Positions 29,762 through 41,621 of a stretch of DNA of 64,000 nt are shown in pieces; the stretch's first letter is position 1, and each line of letters opens with the position of its first letter. A program made the translations under genes and the position numbers. Source of the DNA: Escherichia coli (GTDB taxonomy: Bacteria > Pseudomonadota > Gammaproteobacteria > Enterobacterales > Enterobacteriaceae); NCBI RefSeq assembly GCF_044324875.1, contig NZ_CP172185.1; one strand, given 5' to 3'. Under the pieces are notes generated by a model. It had not been told where the DNA came from. It saw nothing but the letters and a program-made list of their open reading frames with translations, and made no database searches.

Positions 29762-29981
29762 CAGGATAATAACCTCTTGTTAGTTGTGAGACTGCGTAGT
29801 GTGCACGATCGGTTTTACCACTTCAATCTGGTCTGTCCTTTGGCTGTGATATGTACAAAGTGTGAAAGGGGAATTACCTGAATTCTCCCGGTGAGCATTT
29901 TGCAACGGACCAGCTCCGGTACAAACGCTGTTGTGGGTTCAGATTATAACATTCTGTCTAAGGGGCGGGATAAAGGTGAAA

Positions 29982-30713
29982 TTAGGGGGTATGAAAGATG
30001 ACTTTATAACCTTGCTCACCCCAATGTTGTAAAAGTTCGTTTTGCCTTCTCGTTGGTGCCATGCCTGTCCAGACAATCAATGTTTGCGTCGGGAACAGTT
30101 CCGGGCGCGGCGATTCAATGGGATCAGCAAGAACAGAAATGTGCCATCCTGATAATGATAAACGCCATGCTTCCAGCCACAATCGGGCTCTCTCTTCAAC
30201 ATTCCACGCCATCAGAATGGCTTCTTTACCGGGCTTACGACGCATTTCGAAAAGCGAGGCTGCTGCGTATTCAATTAATGCGCCGTCAAACATACTGCTC
30301 ATAATGCGGGAGGTGTTGTGATCAAGCACGAGACGCTGACGAACAGGAAGGTAAACATGATTAATCAATTGATCTACCGGGTACTCTCGACCCAGTGAAA
30401 TAATTCTCGCGCGTAGTTTGGCAGGATTAGCCATACGAAGAATTGACATCATCTCTTCTTGCAGGCGGCTCCAGTCATCTTCCGTATCCTGGCTGGTGGT
30501 TTCCAGTAATGCTTTAACTTTGCCTACAGGGACGCCATTACTTATCCAACGCTTGATCTCTTCGATGCGTTGTATGTCTTCTTCATCAAAGAGTCGGTGT
30601 CCGCCTTCACTGCGCTGTGGTTTTAACAAACCGTAGCGGCGTTGCCAGGCCCGGAGAGTGACAGGATTAATCCCGCAACGTTCAGCAACATCACCAATGC
30701 TGTAATAAGCCAC
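29982..30713 (-). CDS. bluR: MerR-like repressor BluR (YcgE)
   Basis: 243 aa. Mer[46 protein letters not shown]. Confidence 0.9.
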   Translation of the reverse strand: MAYYSIGDVAERCGINPVTLRAWQRRYGLLKPQRSEGGHRLFDEEDIQRIEEIKRWISNGVPVGKVKALLETTSQDTEDDWSRLQEEMMSILRMANPAKLRARIISLGREYPVDQLINHVYLPVRQRLVLDHNTSRIMSSMFDGALIEYAAASLFEMRRKPGKEAILMAWNVEERARLWLEAWRLSLSGWHISVLADPIESPRPELFPTQTLIVWTGMAPTRRQNELLQHWGEQGYKVIFHTP

Positions 30714-30917
30714 AATTCCTCCTTGCGGTCATAAATCTCCGTCGCCTGTACACGACCCAATAATACTTTGTACAATATACGCTAAAATTGTACAAAGTAT
30801 AAATAAGATTTCAGCTAAATTGGATGAAACATTATTTTTAATGTGGATTAAATTAAAACATAACGTATTCATTTTCACGATGATTTCCAGAAATCATGCG
30901 AAATAATGTGCTGAAAA

Positions 30918-32129
30918 TTATTTTTTCTCCGGCCACGCAACTGAAGGGATACCATTCAATTTAGCTTTGGCAAACAGATCTCCCTGAAACATCTCAATTC
31001 CTGCAGATTCAAGCCACATCCACTCTTCTGGTGTTGTCACACCCATAGCAGAGACTTGAATTTCAAGTGATGTACAGCATTTTATGATCGCCTGAATAAT
31101 TGCCTGCCGTGGCCCGCTTTTATGAACGTTGGTAATCAATTCCTGACTGATTTTAATTCTGTCAGGCTGGAAGCGTGACAGGAGTAACAAACCGGCAAAA
31201 CCTGCGCCAAAATGATCAATTGCTACACTGATACCGGCAGCCTTTAGCGATTTAACCGCTTCGGCAAACTCATCAAACCGAGATATGACTTCACTTTCAG
31301 TAAATTCAACGATGATTTGTTCCGGCACCAGACCATTGGCCTTTATTTCATCAAGTAAAAAAGAGACTGCGTCAGGCTCGTTAACCAGGGTCATAGGTAA
31401 TAGATTGATTGAAATCATTTTATCACCGAGGTCAAGTGCGTGTGCCATCGCGAATGCAAGCGCCTTACTTTTGAGATCCGCTGTGTAGATTTCCCCTTCT
31501 TTACGCTGCCCAACCGCTATAGCTGACGGGCTGTCTTCATTTTTTTGCACAATGGCTTCAAAAGCGATTATCCGCCGCGATAAGGGATCGACAATAGGAT
31601 GAAAGGCAAAGTGGTCGTTTATATTTGGTGAAAGGGTGCAGGAATCAAGTTCTTTATCAGATCCGTCAGCGATAAAAAGCCAGGAGTCTTCAGCAGGGAT
31701 CTCGAAATAGGTTGATTGTTCGGTTGCAAGGACAAAAGTACGAAAAAATTGTAGCGCTCTGTCATCATAGGTTAGCTGAAATTTTGATGTACCCTTGTCG
31801 AATACGGCCTGTAAAACGTCATCTCGCTCGTGCAGGCGTAAATCAAATAATTCCATTCCTGCTTTGCCAAAACGGCGAGCAGGCGCGTAATCGCACAACA
31901 GTTCAACAATATTATAGTGCCGTGGATCCTGACATATAGCCCGATATATCAGTTGAACCTGTTCTTCCGGACCTTCCAAAAGCTGGAAAAAATGGGAACC
32001 ATTAAACAGTAAGATCCCTGTTACGTCAGACTGCATGTTTCTGCGATTTGCTATCGAAACCATTTCTTCGATTTTTTTGACAGGTTCGTCGTCACGTATA
32101 TGGCTACGATAAATAAGGGTGGTAAGCAT
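30918..32129 (-). CDS. bluF: blue-light sensor BLUF-EAL protein BluF (YcgF)
   Basis: MLTTLIYRSHIRDDEPVKKIEEMVSIANRRNMQSDVTGILLFNG (BLUF domain) plus a degenerate EAL domain. The start is at the MLTT methionine. Confidence 0.9.
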   Translation of the reverse strand: MLTTLIYRSHIRDDEPVKKIEEMVSIANRRNMQSDVTGILLFNGSHFFQLLEGPEEQVQLIYRAICQDPRHYNIVELLCDYAPARRFGKAGMELFDLRLHERDDVLQAVFDKGTSKFQLTYDDRALQFFRTFVLATEQSTYFEIPAEDSWLFIADGSDKELDSCTLSPNINDHFAFHPIVDPLSRRIIAFEAIVQKNEDSPSAIAVGQRKEGEIYTADLKSKALAFAMAHALDLGDKMISINLLPMTLVNEPDAVSFLLDEIKANGLVPEQIIVEFTESEVISRFDEFAEAVKSLKAAGISVAIDHFGAGFAGLLLLSRFQPDRIKISQELITNVHKSGPRQAIIQAIIKCCTSLEIQVSAMGVTTPEEWMWLESAGIEMFQGDLFAKAKLNGIPSVAWPEKK

Positions 32130-32442
32130 TAACAATCCAGGGTAATGGGCGAGGCGAGAGTAAGACGGTAACAGACATATCTTCTTGTGTCTTTCTTTTA
32201 ATACCAAAAGATAACCGTTTCTTTACATTAATGAAAAGTGGAAAAAGTTGAAGACGATTTGTCGAAAATTCTTGTATAGGTTGTCATTTAAATGATGCAA
32301 TATTTTTTATCATAAGTTGTTGTTTTATATGTATTAGCACTAAATGCAAAAAATTAATTTATCATTCTGTACACATATTTCGTACAAGTTTGCTATTGTT
32401 ACCTCACTTAACATTGATTAACATTTTTAACAGAGGCGTAGC

Positions 32443-32679
32443 ATGCATCAAAATTCAGTGACTTCAGATTCTGCGGGAGCAATCACTCGTTACTTTGCAA
32501 AAGCTAACTTGCCTACTCAGCAGGAAACTCTCGGGGAAATTGTGACTGAGATTTTGAAAGATGGACGTAATCTGAGTCGAAAGTCGCTTTGTGCCAAACT
32601 TCTTTGCCGACTGGAACAAGCGACAGGGGAAGAGGAACAGAAACATTATAATGCACTAATTGGGTTGCTTTTTGAATAA
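32443..32679 (+). CDS. ycgZ: two-component connector protein YcgZ
   Basis: 78 aa. First gene of the ycgZ-ymgA-ariR-ymgC operon, divergent from bluF. Confidence 0.85.
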   Translation: MHQNSVTSDSAGAITRYFAKANLPTQQETLGEIVTEILKDGRNLSRKSLCAKLLCRLEQATGEEEQKHYNALIGLLFE

Positions 32680-32721
32680 TGCAACAGCCTGATTATTTAA
32701 CAGGTTAGCTATGAAGTCGTT

Positions 32722-32994
32722 ATGAAGACATCTGATAATGAAAGTATAAAATATGAAATTACTGGCCAGGCGGTGCTCCATATACTGCGCATGAAGATAA
32801 ATTTTTCGTTGCAGACTCTTATTAAGCAATTACTCGTAATGAAATCGGCTGAGGAAAATGCTTTCCGACGAGATTTAATTGACAGCATAATTCGTGATTT
32901 TAGCAACAGTGATACAGGAGGGCCAAACAGAAGAACAGCGATAGCTGACAATAAAAGTATGTTCAATGGTAAGAAAATAAACAGAATACATTAA
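32722..32994 (+). CDS. ymgA: connector protein YmgA
   Basis: 90 aa, operon position and sequence. Confidence 0.85.
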   Translation: MKTSDNESIKYEITGQAVLHILRMKINFSLQTLIKQLLVMKSAEENAFRRDLIDSIIRDFSNSDTGGPNRRTAIADNKSMFNGKKINRIH

Positions 32995-33022
32995 AATTTC
33001 ATAAGTAAGATGAGAGGTTACC

Positions 33023-33289
33023 ATGCTTGAAGATACTACTATTCATAATGCAATAACTGATAAAGCGTTATCAAGTTACTTTCGTAGTTCAGGTAATTTG
33101 TTAGAAGAAGAGTCAGCTGTGTTAGGGCAGGCTGTGACCAATTTAATGCTTTCAGGCGATAATGTTAATAATAAAAATATTATCTTAAGTCTGATACACT
33201 CCCTGGAAACAACAAATGATATTCTTAAAGCTGATGTGATTAGAAAAACACTGGAAATCGTGTTGCGATACACAGCTGATGATATGTAA
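33023..33289 (+). CDS. ariR: biofilm/acid-resistance regulator AriR (YmgB)
   Basis: 88 aa, [47 protein letters not shown]. Confidence 0.85.
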   Translation: MLEDTTIHNAITDKALSSYFRSSGNLLEEESAVLGQAVTNLMLSGDNVNNKNIILSLIHSLETTNDILKADVIRKTLEIVLRYTADDM

Positions 33290-33401
33290 CTTTTAATTGT
33301 TAAGTATAAGTTTTTAGAAAACTCATTCATCTTATTTTTGTCTGTCGCTTTAGACTATACACAGCATAATTTTATTGGGTCACTATTCCTACGAGGCTGA
33401 C

Positions 33402-33650
33402 ATGAATAATTCAATCCCAGAGAGATTTATTTTTCAATGTGCTTTGTTTAAAAATCTCGAGAGGGAGGTGTTCATGACGCATGGATATGTTGATAGTCAT
33501 ATAATTGATCAGGCTTTACGCTTGCGTTTAAAAGATGAAACCAGTGTGATTCTTTCTGATCTCTATCTGCAAATCTTGCAGTACATTGAAATGCATAAGA
33601 CTACACTAACGGATATCATTATTAATGACAGGGAATCCGTGCTCTCTTAG
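33402..33650 (+). CDS. ymgC: YmgC
   Basis: MNNSIPERFIFQCALFKNLEREVFMTHGY. Confidence 0.8.
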   Translation: MNNSIPERFIFQCALFKNLEREVFMTHGYVDSHIIDQALRLRLKDETSVILSDLYLQILQYIEMHKTTLTDIIINDRESVLS

Positions 33651-33985
33651 AACTTGTGGAAGGTTTTAGAATAAAGATCAGATGTCTCATCATGCTGGTG
33701 CAAAGTGAGCATTTCAGGCGTTATGCTTTCTTAATATATACGCAATATCAGGGAGCAAACAAGAATGGAGAGCGCTCGGTTTCCATTCTTGACGCCTGAT
33801 TTCCCGCCTAATTTGTTTAATTCTGCCTACATTATGCTCAATAATTAATAGGTTAGATGAAGATGGAGAAAATTTTATCTTCGGCGTGGATATTTGTGAT
33901 GCTCTCTACCATGCTCTCTGTAGACGCCAGCGCGAGCGAATGAATGTCATTTTTATGTATTAAACCCTTTGGCCGGGACAAGTGA

Positions 33986-35509
33986 ATGCGCAATACACTC
34001 ATACCCATCCTCATTGCGATATGCTTGTTTATAACCGGTGTCGCTATTTTGAACATCCAGCTCTGGTATTCCGCAAAAGCAGAGTACCTGGCGGGAGCAA
34101 GATATGCCGCCAACAATATCAATCATATACTTGAAGAAGCGTCACAGGCGACTCAAACGGCGGTTAACATTGCCGGGAAGGAATGCGACCTCGAGGAGCA
34201 ATATCAGCTTGGCACTGAAGCAGCTCTGAAACCTCACCTGCGCACAATCATCATTCTCAAACAGGGAACGGTCTGGTGTACATCCTTACCGGGGAATCGG
34301 GTCCTGCTGTCTCGTATTCCTGTTTTCCCGGACAGTAATTTACTGCTGGCTCCGGCAATCGACACCGTTAATAGATTACCTATCCTGCTCTATCAGAGCC
34401 AATTTGCAGATACGCGCATTTTGGTTACGATAAGTGATCAGCATATTCGCGGGGCGCTTAATGTACCCTTGAAAGGGGTAAGGTATGTATTACGCGTGGC
34501 AGATGACATTATTGGACCTACGGGTGATGTGATGACGCTTAATGGACACTATCCCTATACCGAGAAGGTTCACTCCACAAAATATCATTTCACTATTATC
34601 TTTAACCCGCCGCCACTCTTTAGCTTCTACAGACTTATCGATAAAGGCTTTGGGATTTTGATATTTATTCTGTTAATCGCCTGCGCCGCTGCCTTCCTGC
34701 TTGATAGGTATTTCAATAAAAGCGCAACGCCTGAAGAGATCCTGCGACGGGCTATAAATAATGGAGAGATCGTCCCATTTTACCAACCTGTGGTAAATGG
34801 TCGGGAAGGGACATTGCGGGGAGTTGAGGTGTTAGCCCGCTGGAAACAACCTCACGGTGGATATATATCACCCGCGGCATTTATTCCACTTGCTGAAAAA
34901 TCCGGATTAATCGTTCCGCTTACGCAAAGCCTGATGAATCAGGTTGCCAGACAGATGAACGCTATCGCGAGTAAACTGCCGGAAGGTTTTCATATTGGGA
35001 TTAATTTTAGCGCCTCGCATATTATTTCGCCGACATTTGTCGACGAGTGCTTAAATTACCGTGACAGTTTTACCCGTCGCGATTTAAACCTCGTTCTGGA
35101 AGTTACCGAGCGTGAGCCATTAAATGTTGATGAGAGTCTGGTTCAGCGGTTGAACATTCTGCATGAAAATGGTTTTGTCATCGCGCTGGATGATTTCGGT
35201 ACTGGCTACTCAGGGCTTTCTTATCTGCATGACCTGCATATTGATTATATCAAAATTGATCACAGTTTCGTTGGCCGCGTAAACGCAGACCCAGAATCAA
35301 CTCGGATTCTGGATTGTGTATTGGATCTGGCGCGTAAACTTTCGATTAGTATCGTCGCTGAAGGTGTCGAAACGAAAGAACAACTTGACTATCTGAATCA
35401 AAATAATATCACATTTCAGCAGGGTTATTATTTCTATAAACCGGTAACATACATCGACCTGGTCAAAATTATCCTTTCTAAACCGAAGGTGAAGGTTGTG
35501 GTTGAGTAA
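33986..35509 (+). CDS. pdeG: c-di-GMP phosphodiesterase PdeG (YcgG; CSS-motif sensor + EAL)
   Basis: 507 aa with two TM segments and an EAL domain (EVLARW...EVTERE...DDFGTGYS). Confidence 0.9.
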   Translation: MRNTLIPILIAICLFITGVAILNIQLWYSAKAEYLAGARYAANNINHILEEASQATQTAVNIAGKECDLEEQYQLGTEAALKPHLRTIIILKQGTVWCTSLPGNRVLLSRIPVFPDSNLLLAPAIDTVNRLPILLYQSQFADTRILVTISDQHIRGALNVPLKGVRYVLRVADDIIGPTGDVMTLNGHYPYTEKVHSTKYHFTIIFNPPPLFSFYRLIDKGFGILIFILLIACAAAFLLDRYFNKSATPEEILRRAINNGEIVPFYQPVVNGREGTLRGVEVLARWKQPHGGYISPAAFIPLAEKSGLIVPLTQSLMNQVARQMNAIASKLPEGFHIGINFSASHIISPTFVDECLNYRDSFTRRDLNLVLEVTEREPLNVDESLVQRLNILHENGFVIALDDFGTGYSGLSYLHDLHIDYIKIDHSFVGRVNADPESTRILDCVLDLARKLSISIVAEGVETKEQLDYLNQNNITFQQGYYFYKPVTYIDLVKIILSKPKVKVVVE

Positions 35510-35640
35510 AAATTGATCAGTAAGGCCATGGTGCGGTGTAATTATAGACAGCTAATTAGCTCGTTGCCTCTTGTTACTATTGTTCATTATTTTGTTTGCT
35601 ATAATTGTTTGAAAGTTTTGACAGGATTGCCATTAGTAGC

Positions 35641-35859
35641 ATGAACAATAGTAATAATCTGGATTATTTCACTCTCTATATCATCTTTTCCATTGCATTT
35701 ATGCTGATCACTCTCCTGGTCATCCTTATTGCAAAACCCAGTACCGGGCTGGGAGAAGTGCTTGTGACGATAAATTTGCTTAATGCCCTTGTTTGGCTGG
35801 CGATCAATCTGGTTAATCGATTAAGGGAAAGACTCGTAAGCCACAGGGAGCAGCAATAA
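35641..35859 (+). CDS. ymgF: inner-membrane protein YmgF
   Basis: MNNSNNLDYFTLYIIFSIAFMLITLLVILIAKPSTGLGEVL. Confidence 0.8.
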   Translation: MNNSNNLDYFTLYIIFSIAFMLITLLVILIAKPSTGLGEVLVTINLLNALVWLAINLVNRLRERLVSHREQQ

Positions 35860-36258
35860 TCTTTCAGTTTCTCACTGTCAGTATGCGGCTGAATGGGTTG
35901 CTGGCAGTGAACGCCTGGATCATTGAAGGAAAGGTATTATTGCGCAAATAGTTGTCAACCCTGGTGTTATCACAGTTGTTTTTATATATCATCGAAATAA
36001 TTCCCATGGCAACTATCAACAATTTTGATGTCGAAGAGTTATTTGTTAAACAAAATCGTCACTCCAAAGTGATCAATGTCATGAAAATAAGGTGAAAAAT
36101 GATAATGCCGACTTATTTATCATTTATGTATTGTCGCTGTTTATCTATTTAAATTTCTTGTGCTTTTGTTTTTGTCTTTACCCTCCGTTTTGGTAATCTG
36201 AACTCATAGGTTATTTGACCAGGAATGTTTGTTAATCCAATGAATGGATGGTTAATCT

Positions 36259-38455
36259 ATGAAACTGAAAAAACTCCCCGGGTTTAGTTTAGGACTTATT
36301 GCTTTGGCGGTGGGTAATGCATATGCAACACAATTATTGGATGATTATAGTATAATTTCCTATATAACTGATGAAGAATCGCCGATTGAAATCAAAGATA
36401 ATAATCCGATAAGTAATGGAGAGTATCTAACCACTAAAGACGAAAGCCATGCTGTGAAAGTGGATGACGGTGTAACTGGATATATAAATAATGCCAGTGT
36501 GATGACTAGTGGTGATGGATCTTATGGTATTTCTGTTGATAGTCAAAACAAAGTATTATATATAAGCGATAGCGATATTAAGACCTCTGGAAGCGTATCT
36601 GACAAAGGAAATAACCAAGGTGTTAATGGAGGGATAACAGCCAGCGCAGTAGTCAGTGAATTTGGTGGCACCATCGTTATGAATGGTGATAATTCAGTCG
36701 AGACGAGGGGGGCATATTCAGCGGGACTTTTAAGTCAGGTTAATGATTCTGGTATTGTGGAAAATAACACCCGTCTTGAAACCACAGATAAAACGAACAT
36801 TGTTACCTATGGGGAAAATGCAGTAGGTGTTCTTGCATGTTCAAGTCCTGGAGAGTCTCGAACATGTGTCGATGCTGTAGATGATGAAGTTAGTGATTCT
36901 AACAGTTACGAAGTTATTAGCCGTGCTGATTTAAAAATGAATGGTGGTTCCATAACAACTAATGGCACTAATAGCTATGGTGCTTATGCTAATGGGGAAA
37001 AAGCATATATTAATTTAGATTATGTGGCACTTGAAACCGGGGAGCATGGAAGTTATGCAGTTGCTATTCGACAAGGTAACATTGATATAAAAAATAGTTC
37101 TATTACAACAAAAGGCACTAAAGCCCCCATTGCAAAAATATACAATGGTGGAAAGTTATTTTTTTCCAATGTCACCGCGGTATCAGAACAAGATAAAGGA
37201 ATATCAATTGATGCATCAAATATCGATTCTCAAGCCAAAATAGCACTATCAAGTGTCGAACTTTCAAGTGCTTTGGATAGTATTAATGTTAACAAAACTT
37301 CAACGGATGTAAGCATCCTTAATCGAAGTATTATCACGCCTGGTAATAATATTCTGGTTAATAATACTGGAGGTGGCTTAAACATAATTTCGTCCGACTC
37401 TACTCTAAATGGAGCGACTAAACTCGTTAGCGGCACAACTACACTGAAGCTTTCAGAAAACACAATCTGGAATATGAAAGATGACTCCGTTGTTACCCAT
37501 CTGACTAATTCAGACAGTATTATCAATCTTTCGTATGATGATGGTCAAACATTTACCCAGGGAAAAACGTTAACCGTAAAAGGTAATTATGTCGGTAATA
37601 ATGGTCAGCTTAATATCCGCACCGTATTAGGTGATGATAAATCGGCTACTGACAGACTTATTGTTGAGGGTAATACTTCGGGTTCAACTACCGTCTATGT
37701 GAAAAATGCTGGAGGAAGCGGCGCGGCCACGCTAAATGGGATCGAACTCATAACTGTGAATGGCGATGAATCTCCAGCAGATGCCTTCAGACAAGGTGAT
37801 GCAAGGATTGCAGCTGGAGCTTTCGAATATCAACTAAAACAACAAGGCAAAACTGGTATTTGACAAGTTATCAGTCAGTGAATGAGGAGGATAACAGCTC
37901 AGAGGGAAATTCAGAATCAACAGAAACGCCTACCCCCGTTCTGCGCCCCGAAGCTGGAAGTTACGTCGCCAACCTGGCAGCCGCTAACACTCTTTTTGTT
38001 ATGCGTCTGAACGATCGTGCAGGTGAAACGCGCTACATCGATCCTGTAACTGAACAGGAGCGTTCAAGCCGACTTTGGCTACGTCAAATTGGCGGGCATA
38101 ATGCCTGGCGTGACAGCAACGGACAGTTGAGAACGACCTCGCATCGCTACGTCTCGCAGTTAGGGGCGGATCTGTTAACCGGTGGTTTTACCGACAGTGA
38201 CAGTTGGCGTTTGGGAGTGATGGCTGGTTATGCCCGCGACTACAACTCAACTCATTCCAGCGTGTCGGATTATCGTTCGAAAGGGAGTGTCAGAGGCTAT
38301 AGCGCAGGGCTGTATGCCACCTGGTTTGCCGATGACATCAGTAAAAAAGGCGCATACATTGACGCCTGGGCGCAATATAGCTGGTTTAAAAACTCGGTGA
38401 AAGGAGATGAATTAGCCTATGAATCCTATAGCGCGAAAGGTGCAACCGTCTCGCT
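36259..38455 (+). pseudogene. ycgH: autotransporter YcgH, 5' portion (frameshift near 37848, then cut by the IS21-family element)
   Basis: Signal peptide MKLKKLPGFSLGLIALAVGNAYA followed by a passenger domain. The frame breaks at ...QQGK (TGA 37861) and continues in another frame as TSYQSVNEEDN. The sequence ends at the IS junction ...AKGATVSL. Confidence 0.85.
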
Positions 38456-38554
38456 TGCGTATTCCGCTCTATTCGATCACGGATTGGCATCGAAGTCCGA
38501 TCAGCGATTCGCATCCATTCGATCAACCGGGAACTTAACTTTTTCTACCGCTTT

Positions 38555-39310
38555 TTAACGCGTTTTTTCGCTGCTTTCCACTACCGGGGGATTTTTCCTC
38601 AGTGACTCTCCCTGAAGGACCACTCGGTGTGAGTTATGTACCAGTCTGTCCAGGATGGCATCTGCTGTTGTTGGGTTCTCCATCAGACCATGCCATTTAT
38701 CTACCGGGAACTGGCTTACCACTATCGTGCTGCTTTGTCCGTAACGATCCTCTATGAGCTCCAGAAGGTCATTACACTGGGCGTTACTTAACTGTTCCAG
38801 CCCCAGATCGTCCAGGATTAGAACCTGTATTTTTTGCAACTGTTTCAGATATTTCAGCCAGCTGCCATCAACACGTCCCTGAGCCAGTTGTTCCAGTAAT
38901 CGCCCGGTTCTACAGTACCGGACGCTGTGTTTCTGTCGACATGCCTGTTCGCCCAGCGCATTGGCTATCCAGCTCTTGCCACATCCTGTCGGACCGGTTA
39001 TCAGCAGGTTTTTCCTGTGGGTTATGTAGTGGCCGTTCAGCAGTTCTCTCATCTGTTCAGCCCGCAGACCTCTTGAGGCCGGATAGCGCAGCCCTTCCGG
39101 TGTTGCCTGGTATTTCAGGCCGGCATTTTTTCTCAACCGTGCCACACGGCTGTTTTCCCTGCTCAGAAGCTCGTCATCAACCAGCAGCGTCAGCCTTTCC
39201 TCGAACGACAGTTCGTCGTAGGTCTGAGGCGTTTCCCGCTGCCGTATCAGGCTCCCGGCCATCGCCGGGAGTTTCAGTTGGGTCAGTTTGTTTAACAGGT
39301 TATCACTCAT
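38555..39310 (-). CDS. istB: IS21-family IstB ATP-binding helper
   Basis: MSDNLLNKLTQLKLPAMAGSL... with Walker A GPTGCGKS and Walker B LILDDLG. Confidence 0.9.
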   Translation of the reverse strand: MSDNLLNKLTQLKLPAMAGSLIRQRETPQTYDELSFEERLTLLVDDELLSRENSRVARLRKNAGLKYQATPEGLRYPASRGLRAEQMRELLNGHYITHRKNLLITGPTGCGKSWIANALGEQACRQKHSVRYCRTGRLLEQLAQGRVDGSWLKYLKQLQKIQVLILDDLGLEQLSNAQCNDLLELIEDRYGQSSTIVVSQFPVDKWHGLMENPTTADAILDRLVHNSHRVVLQGESLRKNPPVVESSEKTR

Positions 39311-39326
39311 ACTGTTGTTCCTTCTG

Positions 39327-40892
39327 TCAGTGGTAGTAGCCCGGACCACGCAGGTTTTCATGCTCTGAAGCATATGCCGGATGTTGTTCGCCCTGGCGGG
39401 ATAATGGAAGCTCCAGGTTCTCCCGATGGTGACGCAGCAGATTGTCGATAAAGCGTCTGTCAGGGGCGTTATAGTGCAGGGCAACGTAACAGGCCTTTTC
39501 CAGCCGTTCCGGGCCGTATTTTTTCTGAAGTGCCAGCAGCCCCAGAACTGCACGATAAGCCAGTTCCGGATGGGGTTTTGCCTTCAGCATGGATTCAACC
39601 ACCCGGCCTGTGGACGGGCCCGTACGTTTTCCCTGCTCGATCAGGCGTTCCGGTGTCCATGTCCCGTGCTGCCGGTGGCGCTCTGGCATGTGAAGCGGAT
39701 TGGTTGTGTGTTTATATTCATGTGTGCTGCGCGGATGTTGCGCCACACACTGCCCCTTGTGCCAGAGCTGTACCACCGACTGCCCCGCCTTCAGTGACAG
39801 ACGCTGACCGACCAGTTCGTGTGGAACGGAGTACCAGTGACGGGCATATTCAACGTGGTAGTCAGGGCCAACCTTCACAGCTTTGTATTCCGTGTATTCA
39901 TAAGGTGCCAGAGGCAGCGGAGAGAGTGCTGGCGCATCCAGTATGCGGAAGCGTTCTGCACGGGTTTGATTGCCGTACCCCTTCATTGGCCGGTTATTCA
40001 TGTCTGTCAGTAACTCCCTAAGGCGCGCATTCAGCGCCCTGAGCGTGTGGAAGGTTTCATTACGGATGCGGGCAAGAAGCCATCGTTCAACGATGAGGAC
40101 GCCGTTTTCTGCTTTTGGTTTATCTTTAGGTTTGCGTGGTCGGGCCGGGATGATAACCGTGCCATAGTGCTCAGCCAGTGCCTGATAACTGTCGTTGATG
40201 ACAGGCTCATATCGATCGGCCTTTTTCACTGCGCTTCTGAGGTTATCGGGGATGAGCAGCTTCGGTACGCCGCCCAGGAAGGTCAGGCAACGGCTGTGGG
40301 CATTTAACCATGACATCATGTCCTGACCTTCGCACGCTTCAACGTAGGTATAGTTGGACGCCCCCATTACGGCCACGAAGATTGCCACGCGGCGTATCTC
40401 ACCGGTGTCCGGATTAATAACAGGAACCGTAGGACCACAGAAGTCGATAAAAAGCTTTTCGCCGGCACGATGCTCCTGGCGCATGGAGAGACGTCGCGTT
40501 TTTTTCCACTCCCGGTAGCAACGGCAGAAGTGCGAGTATCCCATCGCTTTGTTACCCGCCTGTGCCTTGTATTCCATCCACAACAGTTGCCGCGTCACAC
40601 CTGGTTTTCTCATTTCCGTATCGAAGTACAACATGTCAGGCATTACAAGCTCTGATGCAAAGGTGTCTTTGGGCGGAAAAATGAGTTTCTCCAGCGTGTC
40701 ATGGGATATATCAGCAGGTAATGGCCATGACAGAGAAGAGGCTTTGAAGCGGGCAAGAACCTCAAAAACGGTTGAGGCGCTGATGTGTAACGTCAGTCCG
40801 ATACAACGGTTAGTCAGCTTCTTGTCGAACTTGAGCTGAAGGATCTTAAAACAGGTTTCCATAGTGCTCCTGGATTTTCTCTTTCTGGACAT
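39327..40892 (-). CDS. istA: IS21-family IstA transposase
   Basis: About 520 aa with an HTH N-terminus and a DDE core (FIDFCG...VAVMGASNYTY...PDNLRSAV...KPKAENG). Start MSRKRK follows GGAGA. Confidence 0.9.
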   Translation of the reverse strand: MSRKRKSRSTMETCFKILQLKFDKKLTNRCIGLTLHISASTVFEVLARFKASSLSWPLPADISHDTLEKLIFPPKDTFASELVMPDMLYFDTEMRKPGVTRQLLWMEYKAQAGNKAMGYSHFCRCYREWKKTRRLSMRQEHRAGEKLFIDFCGPTVPVINPDTGEIRRVAIFVAVMGASNYTYVEACEGQDMMSWLNAHSRCLTFLGGVPKLLIPDNLRSAVKKADRYEPVINDSYQALAEHYGTVIIPARPRKPKDKPKAENGVLIVERWLLARIRNETFHTLRALNARLRELLTDMNNRPMKGYGNQTRAERFRILDAPALSPLPLAPYEYTEYKAVKVGPDYHVEYARHWYSVPHELVGQRLSLKAGQSVVQLWHKGQCVAQHPRSTHEYKHTTNPLHMPERHRQHGTWTPERLIEQGKRTGPSTGRVVESMLKAKPHPELAYRAVLGLLALQKKYGPERLEKACYVALHYNAPDRRFIDNLLRHHRENLELPLSRQGEQHPAYASEHENLRGPGYYH

Positions 40893-41094
40893 TGACGTCT
40901 CCACTGGTTTAAACACGGCAATGGAGACTGTGGTGAAAAGAGTTAATTCCCGGAGTGACTGGCAGGATGCCAATCAATGATCGGAAGCATGCCAAATCGT
41001 GATCGATTGTGATGCCAAACTGTGATCGGAGATGGATGCCAAATCATGATCGATTCGAATGCCAAACTGCGATCGATTCAGATGCCATTTTGCA

Positions 41095-41566
41095 CTCGCT
41101 GGAAGCGGGTTACGGTTTTGCCCTGAATAAATCCTTTGGTCTGGAAGCGGCGAAATATACGTGGATCTTCCAGCCACAGGCACAGGCTATCTGGATGGGC
41201 GTCGATCATAATGCGCACACGGAAGCCAATGGCTCACGTATTGAGAATGACGCAAATAACAACATCCAGACCCGACTTGGTTTCCGCTCCTTTATTCGTA
41301 CTCAGGAGAAAAACAGCGGTCCGCACGGTGACGACTTTGAACCTTTTGTTGAAATGAACTGGATCCATAACAGTAAAGATTTTGCTGTCTCAATGAACGG
41401 TGTGAAAGTCGAACAAGACGGGGCGCGTAATCTGGGGGAAATTAAACTTGGCGTAAATGGCAATCTGAATCCGGCGGCCAGCGTCTGGGGTAATGTGGGC
41501 GTGCAGCTGGGTGATAATGGCTACAATGACACCGCAGTGATGGTGGGCCTGAAATATAAGTTCTGA
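41095..41566 (+). pseudogene. ycgH: autotransporter YcgH, 3' beta-barrel portion
   Basis: SLEAGYGFALNKSFGLEAAKYTWIFQPQAQAIWMGV...MVGLKYKF, the canonical autotransporter C-terminus. Confidence 0.85.
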
Positions 41567-41621
41567 TCCCCGTTAGCTAAAATACCGCGTCGAATTCATC
41601 GACGCGGTAACATATTAAATA

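Larger units (their letters stand above)
38456..41094 (-). mobile_element. IS21-family insertion sequence (istA + istB), 6-bp target duplication CTCGCT
   Basis: Termini TGCGTATTCC... and ...CCATTTTGCA, each with multiple GATC-N-TTGGCAT terminal repeats. CTCGCT occurs at 38450-38455 and 41095-41100. The ycgH frame resumes exactly after the element. Confidence 0.9.
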
